A DNA stretch of 64,000 nucleotides from an uncultured Candidatus Binatia bacterium (GTDB taxonomy: Bacteria; Desulfobacterota; Binatia; UBA9968; JAJDTQ01). Of this stretch, positions 22,358 through 30,978 are shown piece after piece. Location: the NCBI GenBank assembly GCA_965215605.1, contig OZ244070.1:1376001-1440000 (forward strand). The letters are read 5' to 3'. The notes under the pieces are model-generated. The model saw only the letters and a list, made by a program, of their open reading frames with translations, did not search any database and had not been told where the DNA came from. Each line of letters opens with the position of its first letter. Within the stretch, counting starts at the first letter, position 1. The translations under genes were made by a program, and so were the position numbers.

Positions 22358-23173
22358 TTACCTGCCCCAGTCGCGGGAGTAGCGGAAGTCGCGGTCTATG
22401 GTGCGGTGGGAGACCTTGGCGATGACCGGGAGGCGGCGCTTGAACTGGGAGGTCCGGATGCGGCGGGCGATGTCGTCGACGAAGCCGGGCTCGAAGCCGG
22501 CGGCGATGAGCTCGGGGCGGCCGTAGCGCTGGTCCACCATGCGGTAGAGCAGCTCGTCCACCGCGCGGTAGCTGAAGCCCAGCTCGGCCTCGTCGGTCTG
22601 CCCGGCCCACAGGTCGGCGGAGGGTTTCTTGTCGACGATGACGTCGGGGACGCCGACGGCCTCGCTCAGGGCCCATACCTGGGTCTTGTAGAGGTCCCCC
22701 AGGGGGTTGAGGGCCGACGCCATGTCGCCGTGGAGGGTGCCGTAGCCCAGCAGCAGCTCGGTCTTGTTGCTGGTGCCGGCCACCAGCGCGTCCCACCGGG
22801 CGGAGTGGTCGTAGAGGATGGTCATGCGCTCCCGGGCCATCTTGTTGCCGCGCCGCTTGGGGTCAGCATCCGGAAACGCCTCGAAATAGGCGTCGATCTG
22901 GGCGGTGATCTCCACGGCCGCGGAGCGGATGCCGCTCTTCTCCACCACCAGGCGGGCATGCTCCAGGCTCTCGGCGCTGGAAGCCCGGTAGGGCATCATG
23001 ATGCCCAGCACCTGCTCCGGCCCCAGGGCCTCGGCCGCCAGCATGGCGCTCAGGCTGGAATCCACCCCGCCGGAAAGGCCCACCACCACCCGCTCGAGGC
23101 CGACCTTGCGCACCTCGTTCCGGATGAAGGCCACCAGGATCCGGCGCAGCAGTGACACGTTGGTGGGAATCAT
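22358..23173 (-). CDS. nadE: NAD+ synthetase (stand-alone synthetase domain)
   Basis: [10 protein letters not shown]-loop, [32 protein letters not shown]. Confidence 0.95.
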   Translation of the reverse strand: MIPTNVSLLRRILVAFIRNEVRKVGLERVVVGLSGGVDSSLSAMLAAEALGPEQVLGIMMPYRASSAESLEHARLVVEKSGIRSAAVEITAQIDAYFEAFPDADPKRRGNKMARERMTILYDHSARWDALVAGTSNKTELLLGYGTLHGDMASALNPLGDLYKTQVWALSEAVGVPDVIVDKKPSADLWAGQTDEAELGFSYRAVDELLYRMVDQRYGRPELIAAGFEPGFVDDIARRIRTSQFKRRLPVIAKVSHRTIDRDFRYSRDWGR

Positions 23174-23188
23174 CGCCCCTCTGTTTCC

Positions 23189-24034
23189 TCAGTCGCGGCG
23201 GATGCGCTCCAATTCCCGGATGGTGAGGTCCACGTCCTCGTCGCGCAACAGCGGCGCGCGGGTGCGCTTGCGGCGCGCCACCTCGTGGGAGACCTCCCCG
23301 ACCAGGAAGGCCTCCTCGTAGTAGTCCGCCTTGCACACCGCGCGGCCGAAAGGGTCGAGGATGCCCGAGCCGCCCCAGAAGCCCACGCCGTCCTCGAAGC
23401 CCACCCGGTTGGCGTGCACCACGAACAGGCCGAAGGTCTCGGCGTAGCTCCGGGTGATGAGCTCCCAGTAGCGCGCGTTGTCGTCCTGGTCGGCGCCGTC
23501 GGTGACGCCGCGCAGCGGGCTCGACGACGGACAGAGGACCGTCAGGGCGCCGTCAAGGGCGGCCAGGTAGACGGTGGACGGATGCCACAGGTCTTCGCAG
23601 ATGAGCAGCGCCAGCCGGCCGTGGCGGGTGTCGAAGGCCCGCAGCCGGCCGCCCCGGGCGAAGTAGCGCTGCTCGTCGAACATGCCGTAGGTGGGCAGGT
23701 ACACCTTGCGGTGGACGTGCCGGACCTCGCCGTCCTCCAGGTAGACCGCGGCGTTGAAGAACCGGTGGTCCGGGCTTTCCAGCACGAGGCCGGCCACCAG
23801 CGACACCTCCCGGCTCAACGCCTTGAGCCGCTCCATCTCCGGGCTCTCCAGCCGCACCGCCACGTCCGGAACCATGTCCCGCAGGAAGTAACCCGTGAGG
23901 CTCAGCTCGGGGAACACCACCAGCTCCACGGCCGCCGCGGCCGCCTCACGGACTCCGGCCTCGTAGAGGTCCATGTTGGCGGCCACGTCCCCCAATCTGG
24001 GGTTGATCTGCGCCATGCCCACTCGGAACGACAT
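23189..24034 (-). CDS. carbon-nitrogen hydrolase (nitrilase fold), probable glutaminase subunit of NAD synthetase
   Basis: Catalytic triad FPEL / RKVYLP.YG.FDE.RYF / ICEDLW; directly upstream of nadE. Confidence 0.88.
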   Translation of the reverse strand: MSFRVGMAQINPRLGDVAANMDLYEAGVREAAAAAVELVVFPELSLTGYFLRDMVPDVAVRLESPEMERLKALSREVSLVAGLVLESPDHRFFNAAVYLEDGEVRHVHRKVYLPTYGMFDEQRYFARGGRLRAFDTRHGRLALLICEDLWHPSTVYLAALDGALTVLCPSSSPLRGVTDGADQDDNARYWELITRSYAETFGLFVVHANRVGFEDGVGFWGGSGILDPFGRAVCKADYYEEAFLVGEVSHEVARRKRTRAPLLRDEDVDLTIRELERIRRD

Positions 24035-24127
24035 GAGAGGGGGGCTAACACATTTACGCCATTTCGTCACCCCGGCCCGGGAGCGCCGATGGAACCCCTC
24101 CTGGAATTCGGGAACACCATCGGCTAC

Positions 24128-25207
24128 ATGGAATCCATGGACGGGCTCACCGAAAGAGTGGCGGAGAAGGCGGCGCGGGTGTTCGGGCGGGGGGCGCGGT
24201 TGACGGGGCTGGCGGCGCTGGCGGGGGATGCTTCGTCGCGGCGCTATTTCCGGGCGGCATTGGAGGGAGCGGGGGCGCCGGGGTCGGTGATGGTGATGCA
24301 GTGGAGCGAGGTGGGGCTGCCGGTGTCGTCGGAGGAGCTGGCGGTGTTCGACGAACTGCCGGAGGAGCTGCCGTTCCTGAACGTGCACCGGTTCCTGCAA
24401 GGGGTGGGGGTGCGGGTGCCGGCGGTGTACGGGCACTGGGTGGACGAGGGGCTGCTGCTGCTGGAGGACCTGGGGGACGTGAGCCTGTGGGACCGGGTGC
24501 GGGAGGCGCCGGAGGAAGAGGCGGCGGCGTGGTACCGGAAGGCCGTCGACGAGCTGCTGGCGCTGCAGATCCTGGGCACCCGGGCGCGGGACGACGGCTG
24601 CATGGCGTTCCGGCAGGCATTCGACCGGCGGCTCTATCTCTGGGAGCTGGCCCATTTCACCGAGTATGGGCTGGAGCGGGGGGACAAGGGGAGCCTGCCG
24701 GTTTCGGAGCGGCAGGTGCTGGATGCGGCCTTCGAGGGCATGGCCGAACACCTGGCGGGGCAGCCGCGGGTATTGAACCACCGGGACTACCACAGTTGGA
24801 ATCTCATGGTGCATGACGGCGCGGTGGCGATCATCGACTTCCAGGACGCGCTGCTGGCGCCGCGCCAGTACGACCTGGCCTCGCTGCTGAACGACCGGGA
24901 GACCGACCGGGTGGTGACGCCGGCGCTGGAAGAGCGGCTGGTGGATTACTACATGGAGGCTGCCGAGGCTCTGGGCGAGCCACCGCCGGACCGCGGCGCG
25001 TTTTGGGAGACCTACCTGTTGTCGGCGCTGCAGCGGGACCTCAAGGTGGTGGGCCGCTTCCGCTACCTCGACCTGGTGAAGGGCAAGCCGGGCTACAAGC
25101 GCTACATCCCGCCGACCCTGGAGCGCATCGGCCGAAACCTCCGGCGCGCGCCCGGCCTGGAGCGCCTGCGGGCGCTTCTGGCGGAGCATTTCGAGGAAAT
25201 CCCGTGA
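24128..25207 (+). CDS. amgK: aminoglycoside-phosphotransferase-fold sugar kinase, AmgK-like
   Basis: LAGDASSRRYFR, LEDLGD, HRDYHSWNLM, IIDFQDA, YDLASLL; coupled to a MurU-like gene; start may be 24137. Confidence 0.8.
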   Translation: MESMDGLTERVAEKAARVFGRGARLTGLAALAGDASSRRYFRAALEGAGAPGSVMVMQWSEVGLPVSSEELAVFDELPEELPFLNVHRFLQGVGVRVPAVYGHWVDEGLLLLEDLGDVSLWDRVREAPEEEAAAWYRKAVDELLALQILGTRARDDGCMAFRQAFDRRLYLWELAHFTEYGLERGDKGSLPVSERQVLDAAFEGMAEHLAGQPRVLNHRDYHSWNLMVHDGAVAIIDFQDALLAPRQYDLASLLNDRETDRVVTPALEERLVDYYMEAAEALGEPPPDRGAFWETYLLSALQRDLKVVGRFRYLDLVKGKPGYKRYIPPTLERIGRNLRRAPGLERLRALLAEHFEEIP

Positions 25208-25941
25208 GGGCGATGCTGTTCGCGGCCGGGCTGGGCACGCGGCTCCGGCCCCTCACCGACAGCCTGCCCAAGTGCCTGGTGCCGGTGAACGGCCGGCCCA
25301 TGATCGACTACCCGCTGCTGCTGCTGCGCCACTACGGCGTCCGCGAGATCGTGGTCAACGTGCACCACTTCGCGGACCGGGTGGAGGACTACCTGGGAGA
25401 CGGCTCCCGCTTCGGCGTGGAGGTCGCGTACTCCAGGGAAGAGACCCTGCTGGACACCGGCGGCGGCCTGCTGGGGGCGCGTCGGTTCCTGGATGACGGC
25501 ACCTTCGTGGTGGTGAACAGCGACGTGCTGATCGATCTGCGGCTGGACCAGGTGCTGCTGTTTCACCGGCGGCGGCAGGCGGCCGCCACCCTGGTGCTGC
25601 GGAAGGATCCGGAAGCGGAGGCCTACGGGGCCATCTGGACGGACGGACGGGGCGTCATCGGGCGGTTGCTGGAACACGAGGCGCCCGGCCGGCCCTCGGG
25701 GAAGCTGGAACGGTACATGTTCACCGGCGTCCACGTGCTGGAGCCGGACATCTTCCGATACATGGAGGGCGCGGAGCCTTTCAGCATAACGCGGTCAACG
25801 TATCCGGCGATGCTCAGGGGAGCCGAGCGGCTGTGCGGCTTTCGGTTCGACGGTGAATGGCAGGACCTGGGGACCCGCGAGCGGCTCAGCGCCACGGAGC
25901 AGCGGCTCCGGGACGGCGCCTGGAAGCCGCACTTTCTCTAA
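25204..25941 (+). CDS. murU: nucleotidyltransferase, MurU-like
   Basis: GTGA overlap; AMLFAAGLGTRLRPLT..PK, LDTGGG, W.DLGT. Confidence 0.75.
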   Translation: MRAMLFAAGLGTRLRPLTDSLPKCLVPVNGRPMIDYPLLLLRHYGVREIVVNVHHFADRVEDYLGDGSRFGVEVAYSREETLLDTGGGLLGARRFLDDGTFVVVNSDVLIDLRLDQVLLFHRRRQAAATLVLRKDPEAEAYGAIWTDGRGVIGRLLEHEAPGRPSGKLERYMFTGVHVLEPDIFRYMEGAEPFSITRSTYPAMLRGAERLCGFRFDGEWQDLGTRERLSATEQRLRDGAWKPHFL

Positions 25942-25988
25942 CCGCCCGGATTCTTGAGGGCACGGGCATTTCGTCCAGGGTGGGCGGG

Positions 25989-26372
25989 TTATTGGTTCCC
26001 CTGATGGGCCGGCACGGGAAACCTCGCCAAGATCGCATTCATGGTGCCAGCCATGTCATCGAACCTCCGGTTCATGCGACTCTCCAACTGGACAAACCGG
26101 TCATCGATCTGCTTGAACCGGTCATCAATTTGTTTGAACCTGTCATCGATACGATCAAACTGGCGTTCCAGACGCCGCTCCATGCGATCGAACCGGCCGT
26201 TGATTTCGGTGTACAGGGACTGAAAGTTGTCGATCCGCCCGTCCAGCCGGTTGACCTCGGGTGTGACCTGGGCGTTGATGGCCCACAAACCCAACGCCGC
26301 CAGCGATGCAAACACCGTCACAGCAGCGGCGATCACGCCGGCATATTCCTTCAGCCTCTCCATGGTCCTCAT
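25989..26372 (-). CDS. small membrane-anchored coiled-coil protein, copy 1
   Basis: N-terminal TM, IDDRFKQ repeats; true start possibly 26363 (MERLKEY). Confidence 0.8.
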   Translation of the reverse strand: MRTMERLKEYAGVIAAAVTVFASLAALGLWAINAQVTPEVNRLDGRIDNFQSLYTEINGRFDRMERRLERQFDRIDDRFKQIDDRFKQIDDRFVQLESRMNRRFDDMAGTMNAILARFPVPAHQGNQ

Positions 26373-26383
26373 TCCTCACTTTC

Positions 26384-26412
26384 AGTGTATGAATGAAGAA
26401 TCGGCCGGTCAA
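26384..26412 (-). promoter_or_regulatory. sigma70 promoter, copy 1
   Basis: Minus strand TTGACC-N17-TACACT. Confidence 0.7.
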
Positions 26413-26469
26413 GTATTTTCTTTAGCCCGAAGGCGGGACCGTCGATGGCGAGGGCGATGTTGTTGAGGG

Positions 26470-26832
26470 TTATTGGTTCCCCTGATTGGCCGGCACGGGA
26501 AACCTCGCCAAGATCGCATTCATGGTGGCAGCCATGTCATCGAACCTCCGGTTCATGCGACTCTCCAACTGGACAAACCGGTCATCGATCTGCTTGAACC
26601 GGTCATCGATACGGTCAAACTGGCGTTCCAGACGCCGCTCTATGCGATCGAACCGGCCGTTGATTTCGGTGTACAGGGACTGAAAGTTGTCGATCCGCCC
26701 GTCCAGCCGGTTGACCTCGGGTGTGACCTGGGCGTTGATGGCCCACAAACCCAACGCCGCCAGCGATGCAAGCACCGTGACAGCAGCGGCGATCACGCCG
26801 GCATATTCCTTCAGTCTCTCCATGGTCCTCAT
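26470..26832 (-). CDS. small membrane-anchored coiled-coil protein, copy 2 (one heptad shorter)
   Basis: Paralog of 25989-26372. Confidence 0.8.
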   Translation of the reverse strand: MRTMERLKEYAGVIAAAVTVLASLAALGLWAINAQVTPEVNRLDGRIDNFQSLYTEINGRFDRIERRLERQFDRIDDRFKQIDDRFVQLESRMNRRFDDMAATMNAILARFPVPANQGNQ

Positions 26833-26843
26833 TCCTCGCTTTC

Positions 26844-26872
26844 AGTGTATGAATGAAGAATCGGCCGGTCAA
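26844..26872 (-). promoter_or_regulatory. sigma70 promoter, copy 2
   Basis: Minus strand TTGACC-N17-TACACT. Confidence 0.7.
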
Positions 26873-26944
26873 GTATTTTCTTTAGCCCAAAGGCGGGACC
26901 GTCGATGGCGAGGGCGATGTTGTTGAGGACGGCGTGTTGGCGGG

Positions 26945-26973
26945 TTGCAATCGGCCTTGCCGAGAATTAGAAT
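26945..26973 (+). promoter_or_regulatory. sigma70 promoter of the 27034 gene
   Basis: TTGCAA-N17-TAGAAT. Confidence 0.65.
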
Positions 26974-27033
26974 TCTGGAACGCGCTTTAGAATTTGTGCT
27001 CCTTGCCGATTGATAGAGGCAAGGAGGATTGTC

Positions 27034-27579
27034 ATGACCGAATTCGAAACCGCAACCGTTGCCTACCAGAACTCTACCATAGCCTTCCAGACTGCCACGA
27101 CGGCCTTCCAGGAAGCTACGATGGCCTTCCAGGAGGCTACGATGGCCTTTCAGAATGCTACGCTGGCCCATCAGGCCACGGCATTGTCCTATCAGGCAAC
27201 CGCGTTGTCCTATCAGTATGCCGAACTGTGGATCTCCGGTAGTGTCGGAGCCGCCCAGTGCCTCCTCATCGGGTTCGGGCTTTGGTTCATGAACCGGTCG
27301 GCCAAGCGGCGAGACGTGCAGCACGCGGAAATGATGGCCGTTTATGCGAAGCGGCACGAGGAAGCCATGGCCGCCGATGCGAAGCGGCACGAGGAAGCCA
27401 TGACCGCCGATACGAAGCGGCACGAGGAAGCCATGGCCGCCGATACGAAGCGACACAACGAAGTCATGACCGCCGTTGCGAAGCGGCACGATGAGTTCAT
27501 GGCGAAACACGAAGAGGTCATGGCCGCCTTGGCACTGGGCCACAAGGAAGTCATGGCTGCGCTCTCACAACCCCAGTAG
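27034..27579 (+). CDS. bitopic repeat protein: 7-aa repeats, TM helix, then 11-aa KRHEEAM repeats
   Basis: AGGAGG RBS; AFQEATM-type heptads; TM AQCLLIGFGLWFM; KRHEEAMAADT-type repeats. Confidence 0.8.
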   Translation: MTEFETATVAYQNSTIAFQTATTAFQEATMAFQEATMAFQNATLAHQATALSYQATALSYQYAELWISGSVGAAQCLLIGFGLWFMNRSAKRRDVQHAEMMAVYAKRHEEAMAADAKRHEEAMTADTKRHEEAMAADTKRHNEVMTAVAKRHDEFMAKHEEVMAALALGHKEVMAALSQPQ

Positions 27580-27685
27580 GCTGGCGCCCCGGGTGACGTT
27601 GTGTGGAGGCGGAGTGAGGTTATGTGGAGACCGGGGTGGGTTGTGTGGAGGCCACGGCTTGAGGTTTGCCGTTGCGGTTCCTTGG

Positions 27686-28348
27686 TCAGCGGTTCCTGTC
27701 CCTGCTGTTGTCTCTCTTGCCTTCCAGGTATTCGCTGTGCTCTTTGTCCGTCTCTGCTTCGTAGAGTTGCTGGGCGATTCGGTACAGCAGGTCCTCGCCC
27801 GCCACGATGAGCGCCGATTTCCGTGAAACGCCTTCGCGGGCCAGGGAAATGTTGCGCCGCAACGCCCTGCGGACCGCTCCCTTCACGTCCCAGAACTCCG
27901 CGGTGTACTCCCGGTAGCCATCGCGAGTCGCCCTGGCGAGCAGCGTCAGCCCGCCCTTGAAGCTCGCGAGACCGCTGTCGTCTTCGCCCTGCCGGAATTG
28001 GGTCAACCCCAACACCAGCCACCCGATCTCGTCGTTCTTGTTGACCGCCAAAGCGCGCTTGAGCACCTCCAGCGCCGCGGTGTACCGGCCCATGTGGTAG
28101 TAGGCCCGTCCGAGCTGCGTCAGGCTGTCCCGGTAGGTGGGGTCGCGGCTGACCACGTACTGGAGATCCACGATGGCCTTCCGCGGGTTGCCGCCCTGCC
28201 GGCTCTTGCTCAGCTCGTTGACCGCGTCGATGTACTTTCCGCCCACGCCGATGCCGGCCGGCCTCCAGCAGCCCGCCAGACCAGCCGCCGCCAGCGCCAA
28301 CACCATAAACTTGACCGTCAACCGGCTTATCCTCTTGCCCGAATCCAT
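27686..28348 (-). CDS. TPR-containing lipoprotein
   Basis: Lipobox LAGC; LGRAYYHMGRY..AL and WLVLGLTQF TPR-like helices. Confidence 0.75.
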   Translation of the reverse strand: MDSGKRISRLTVKFMVLALAAAGLAGCWRPAGIGVGGKYIDAVNELSKSRQGGNPRKAIVDLQYVVSRDPTYRDSLTQLGRAYYHMGRYTAALEVLKRALAVNKNDEIGWLVLGLTQFRQGEDDSGLASFKGGLTLLARATRDGYREYTAEFWDVKGAVRRALRRNISLAREGVSRKSALIVAGEDLLYRIAQQLYEAETDKEHSEYLEGKRDNSRDRNR

Positions 28349-28456
28349 TCTGCGATCTCCACGAATCCCGGACGTTCCCCGAACGCCACCCGTCCAATAC
28401 CGTACTCTCTGACCATATAAGCGAAGTCCCTTTCGCGGTCAAACAATGCTCCAGGC

Positions 28457-28492
28457 AAAAAAAGGGCCGCCCGATCAGGGCGGCCCTTTTTT
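28457..28492. terminator. intrinsic terminator downstream of the porin gene (bidirectional form)
   Basis: A7-GGGCCGCCC-gatca-GGGCGGCCC-T6. Confidence 0.9.
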
Positions 28493-28510
28493 GCTTGAGT
28501 GAGCGACAGC

Positions 28511-30088
28511 CTAGAACCGGTACTCTGCTGCCAGAGTGAAGGTGTTGAAGCTGTCGGCACCCGTCCGTGAGGCTACGGCATCGAAGTCGGCGTGACACAC
28601 CGCCATGTCGCAACTGTAGTTGTCCCAGATACCGCTGAGCTTGAGCCAGCCGCCGGGGACATAGAAGTCGACGATGAGGCTCGTGTTGGTGATCTCGCCG
28701 CCCTTCCTAAGAACGCGCGTATCAGGGGTTGTGTCGGTGGCACTGTCGTCAGTCATCTCTGGGTTATCACCTGGGGTCATTTGATGCATGACCATGGTTC
28801 CGCGCTTCTTGATGTCGACAACGGTGTATGTCGGAGCGACTGAAATTCCGCCTTCGCTCGAGCTACCGCCCAATGTGCCGGTCTTGGGACTCCACAGCCA
28901 CATACGGACCCCAAGCCCCAACTCGTTGACTTCGCGATCCTCCATATCGGGCGTCGACGCTGCAACTCCTCGCGTCGAAAGATTCGGCCCGACCAACGTG
29001 TCTTTTCCCTTGACCTCTTCGTTGGTGTAGGAGAGTTTCTCCGCTGCGTAGGTCACCGCCTTCATGCCCGCATCCGCGTCGGCGTCCCACTTGACCATAT
29101 GGGCGGTCAGATTCAGGAACTTCACGGGGCTCCAATCCAGACTGTGGCCGTAGTACTTGTGGTCGCCCATTACTGTCCCGATGTCTGCCAACTTGACCGA
29201 CTTCGTCCTGTGGACGGTCCCGAGCGTGCCGACGCCTTCATTGTACCCGTCCTTAAGGCTCTCGTACGCGAACTTGTACGTGAAGCTGCTCATGTTGATG
29301 CCGCCCATCCCGTCCTTTGCGCCGCCCATGGGCTTGATGCCGATGGAGGCCGCGAACGAACGGGAATCGTCGGTGGTGGGCGGAGAGGAGCCGTACTCGT
29401 CCAGCTCGTCGTGGCCCATGGCGAAGTTCAGGTGAGAGATCTTGGCCAGCCCCATGGCGGGAAGGCTCTTCCACGACAGCACGATGCTGCCGTCCTGCGC
29501 GCCGCCCATGGCGAGGGCGTCGGAGAAGATCGCGTCTTCAGCGCTGAACAGGCTCTTGGAAATGCCCGAGAAAGAGGGGTTGTAGCCCCATCCCAGACTG
29601 GGCATGAACGGGTTGATCTTGTTGAAGTTCAGATAGCCGTCACCGTCGAAAGCGACGGTGGTCTTGCCGTTGAACGTCCAGTTCACGGCATAGAACCCCT
29701 GCTGCGAGGTAACGTTGATGGACGGCCGGAAACGGCGCACACGCATCTGACCGTTCTGGTAGCCATCCTTGACGTTGTCGTCCGACGTGTAGAAAGTCGA
29801 ATAGACCTGCAGGCGCTGCCCGAACTTGATGCTCCAGTTGTTGTCCGCCGCGGCGATGGTGAGGCCTTTGCCGGCCTTGTAGCTGAACTTCGGTGCCTTC
29901 ATCTCGGCCGCGAGGGCGCGGTCTTCGCTGGCGACCTGGTTCTGCTTCAACTGGGCAAGCTCGCGCTCAAGGGCTTCGATCCGGGTATCGACGTCAGCCG
30001 CCTGAACGGGAGACGCCACGAGCGCCATCGCTCCCATAAAAACCAGGGCACTCGCCAATCCTAATGCCCTCTTCGCGATGTTGGTCAT
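28511..30088 (-). CDS. outer-membrane beta-barrel porin (OprO/P-like N-terminus)
   Basis: Signal peptide (VQA), short coiled coil, KGLTI...WSIKFGQRLQ and RVRRFR strands, C-terminal EYRF; AAGGAGGAGG RBS. Confidence 0.75.
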   Translation of the reverse strand: MTNIAKRALGLASALVFMGAMALVASPVQAADVDTRIEALERELAQLKQNQVASEDRALAAEMKAPKFSYKAGKGLTIAAADNNWSIKFGQRLQVYSTFYTSDDNVKDGYQNGQMRVRRFRPSINVTSQQGFYAVNWTFNGKTTVAFDGDGYLNFNKINPFMPSLGWGYNPSFSGISKSLFSAEDAIFSDALAMGGAQDGSIVLSWKSLPAMGLAKISHLNFAMGHDELDEYGSSPPTTDDSRSFAASIGIKPMGGAKDGMGGINMSSFTYKFAYESLKDGYNEGVGTLGTVHRTKSVKLADIGTVMGDHKYYGHSLDWSPVKFLNLTAHMVKWDADADAGMKAVTYAAEKLSYTNEEVKGKDTLVGPNLSTRGVAASTPDMEDREVNELGLGVRMWLWSPKTGTLGGSSSEGGISVAPTYTVVDIKKRGTMVMHQMTPGDNPEMTDDSATDTTPDTRVLRKGGEITNTSLIVDFYVPGGWLKLSGIWDNYSCDMAVCHADFDAVASRTGADSFNTFTLAAEYRF

Positions 30089-30302
30089 GTCCTCCTCCTT
30101 GTGGGTAAAAATAGACCTGCCTAAAAAATTACGCATTGGAGCGTTTTACTAATTCTACGGACGGTAAGCAATGGTCGGAAAGTACTGTTTTATATCCAGG
30201 GACGCCGAATGTCGCTCGATTGGCAGGTCAAAGGTTGCAGTTTTCGACGAAAATGGATAGGTATTCCTTGTTGGGCGTTACGCCTTGCGGGAGAAACCGT
30301 TC

Positions 30303-30965
30303 ATGGACTCGATAAAGGTTGCAATTGCCGATGATCATACCCTGTTCCGCGCCGGATTGAAACGGCTGCTGGCGCGGGAAAAGGACCTAGTGGTGACGGG
30401 CGAGGGAGAGAGGGCGGAGGAGGTCGGGTCCGCAGTGGCCAGGGGCAAGGCGGACGTGCTGCTGCTGGACCTCAGGATGCCCGGAGGGGAAGCGGTGCAG
30501 ACGCTGCTGGAGCTTGGGGAAAGGCACCCGGAGACGCGAACGGTGATCCTCACCGCGTTCGACGACGAGGACGCGGTGCTGGAGACGGCCAAGGCCGGGG
30601 CGCGGGGCTACGTGCTCAAGGGGGTGTCGCCCACAACCCTGTTCCAGGTCATCCGGACCGTTCACCAGGGCGGCATCTGGATCGACCCGGGGCTGCCCCA
30701 GGCCGCCGAGTTCACGGCCATCGCGGCGCGCCATGCCCAGGCGCGGCCGGCGAAGAAGGAGCCCGACGGCATCGACGCCCTGAGCCGGCGGGAGCTGGAG
30801 GTGCTGAAGCTCGTGGCCGAGGGCCTGTCCAACCAGGAGGTGGCGAACCGCACCTACATCAGCGAGCACACGGTGAAGAACCACCTGAACAAGATCTACG
30901 AGAAGCTCGGGGTGGAGAGCCGGATCAAGGCGGCGCTGGCGTTCATCCGGCGGCGGCAGGGGTAG
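30303..30965 (+). CDS. NarL/LuxR-family response regulator (orphan)
   Basis: IADDH, LLDLRMP phospho-acceptor, GYVLK, LSRRELEVL...TVKNHL HTH. Confidence 0.93.
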   Translation: MDSIKVAIADDHTLFRAGLKRLLAREKDLVVTGEGERAEEVGSAVARGKADVLLLDLRMPGGEAVQTLLELGERHPETRTVILTAFDDEDAVLETAKAGARGYVLKGVSPTTLFQVIRTVHQGGIWIDPGLPQAAEFTAIAARHAQARPAKKEPDGIDALSRRELEVLKLVAEGLSNQEVANRTYISEHTVKNHLNKIYEKLGVESRIKAALAFIRRRQG

Positions 30966-30978
30966 GGACCGGGGGCCG

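Larger units (their letters stand above)
25986..26926. repeat. direct tandem duplication (481-bp and 460-bp units), each with gene and promoter
   Basis: Units 25986-26466 and 26467-26926 are near-identical and differ by one 21-bp repeat plus a few substitutions. Confidence 0.95.

Noticed and set aside
23189-25207. Overlapping 666-aa and 640-aa antiparallel ORFs as real long proteins
   Set aside because: Each is a real gene extended by the antisense frame of its divergent neighbour, which is common at high GC
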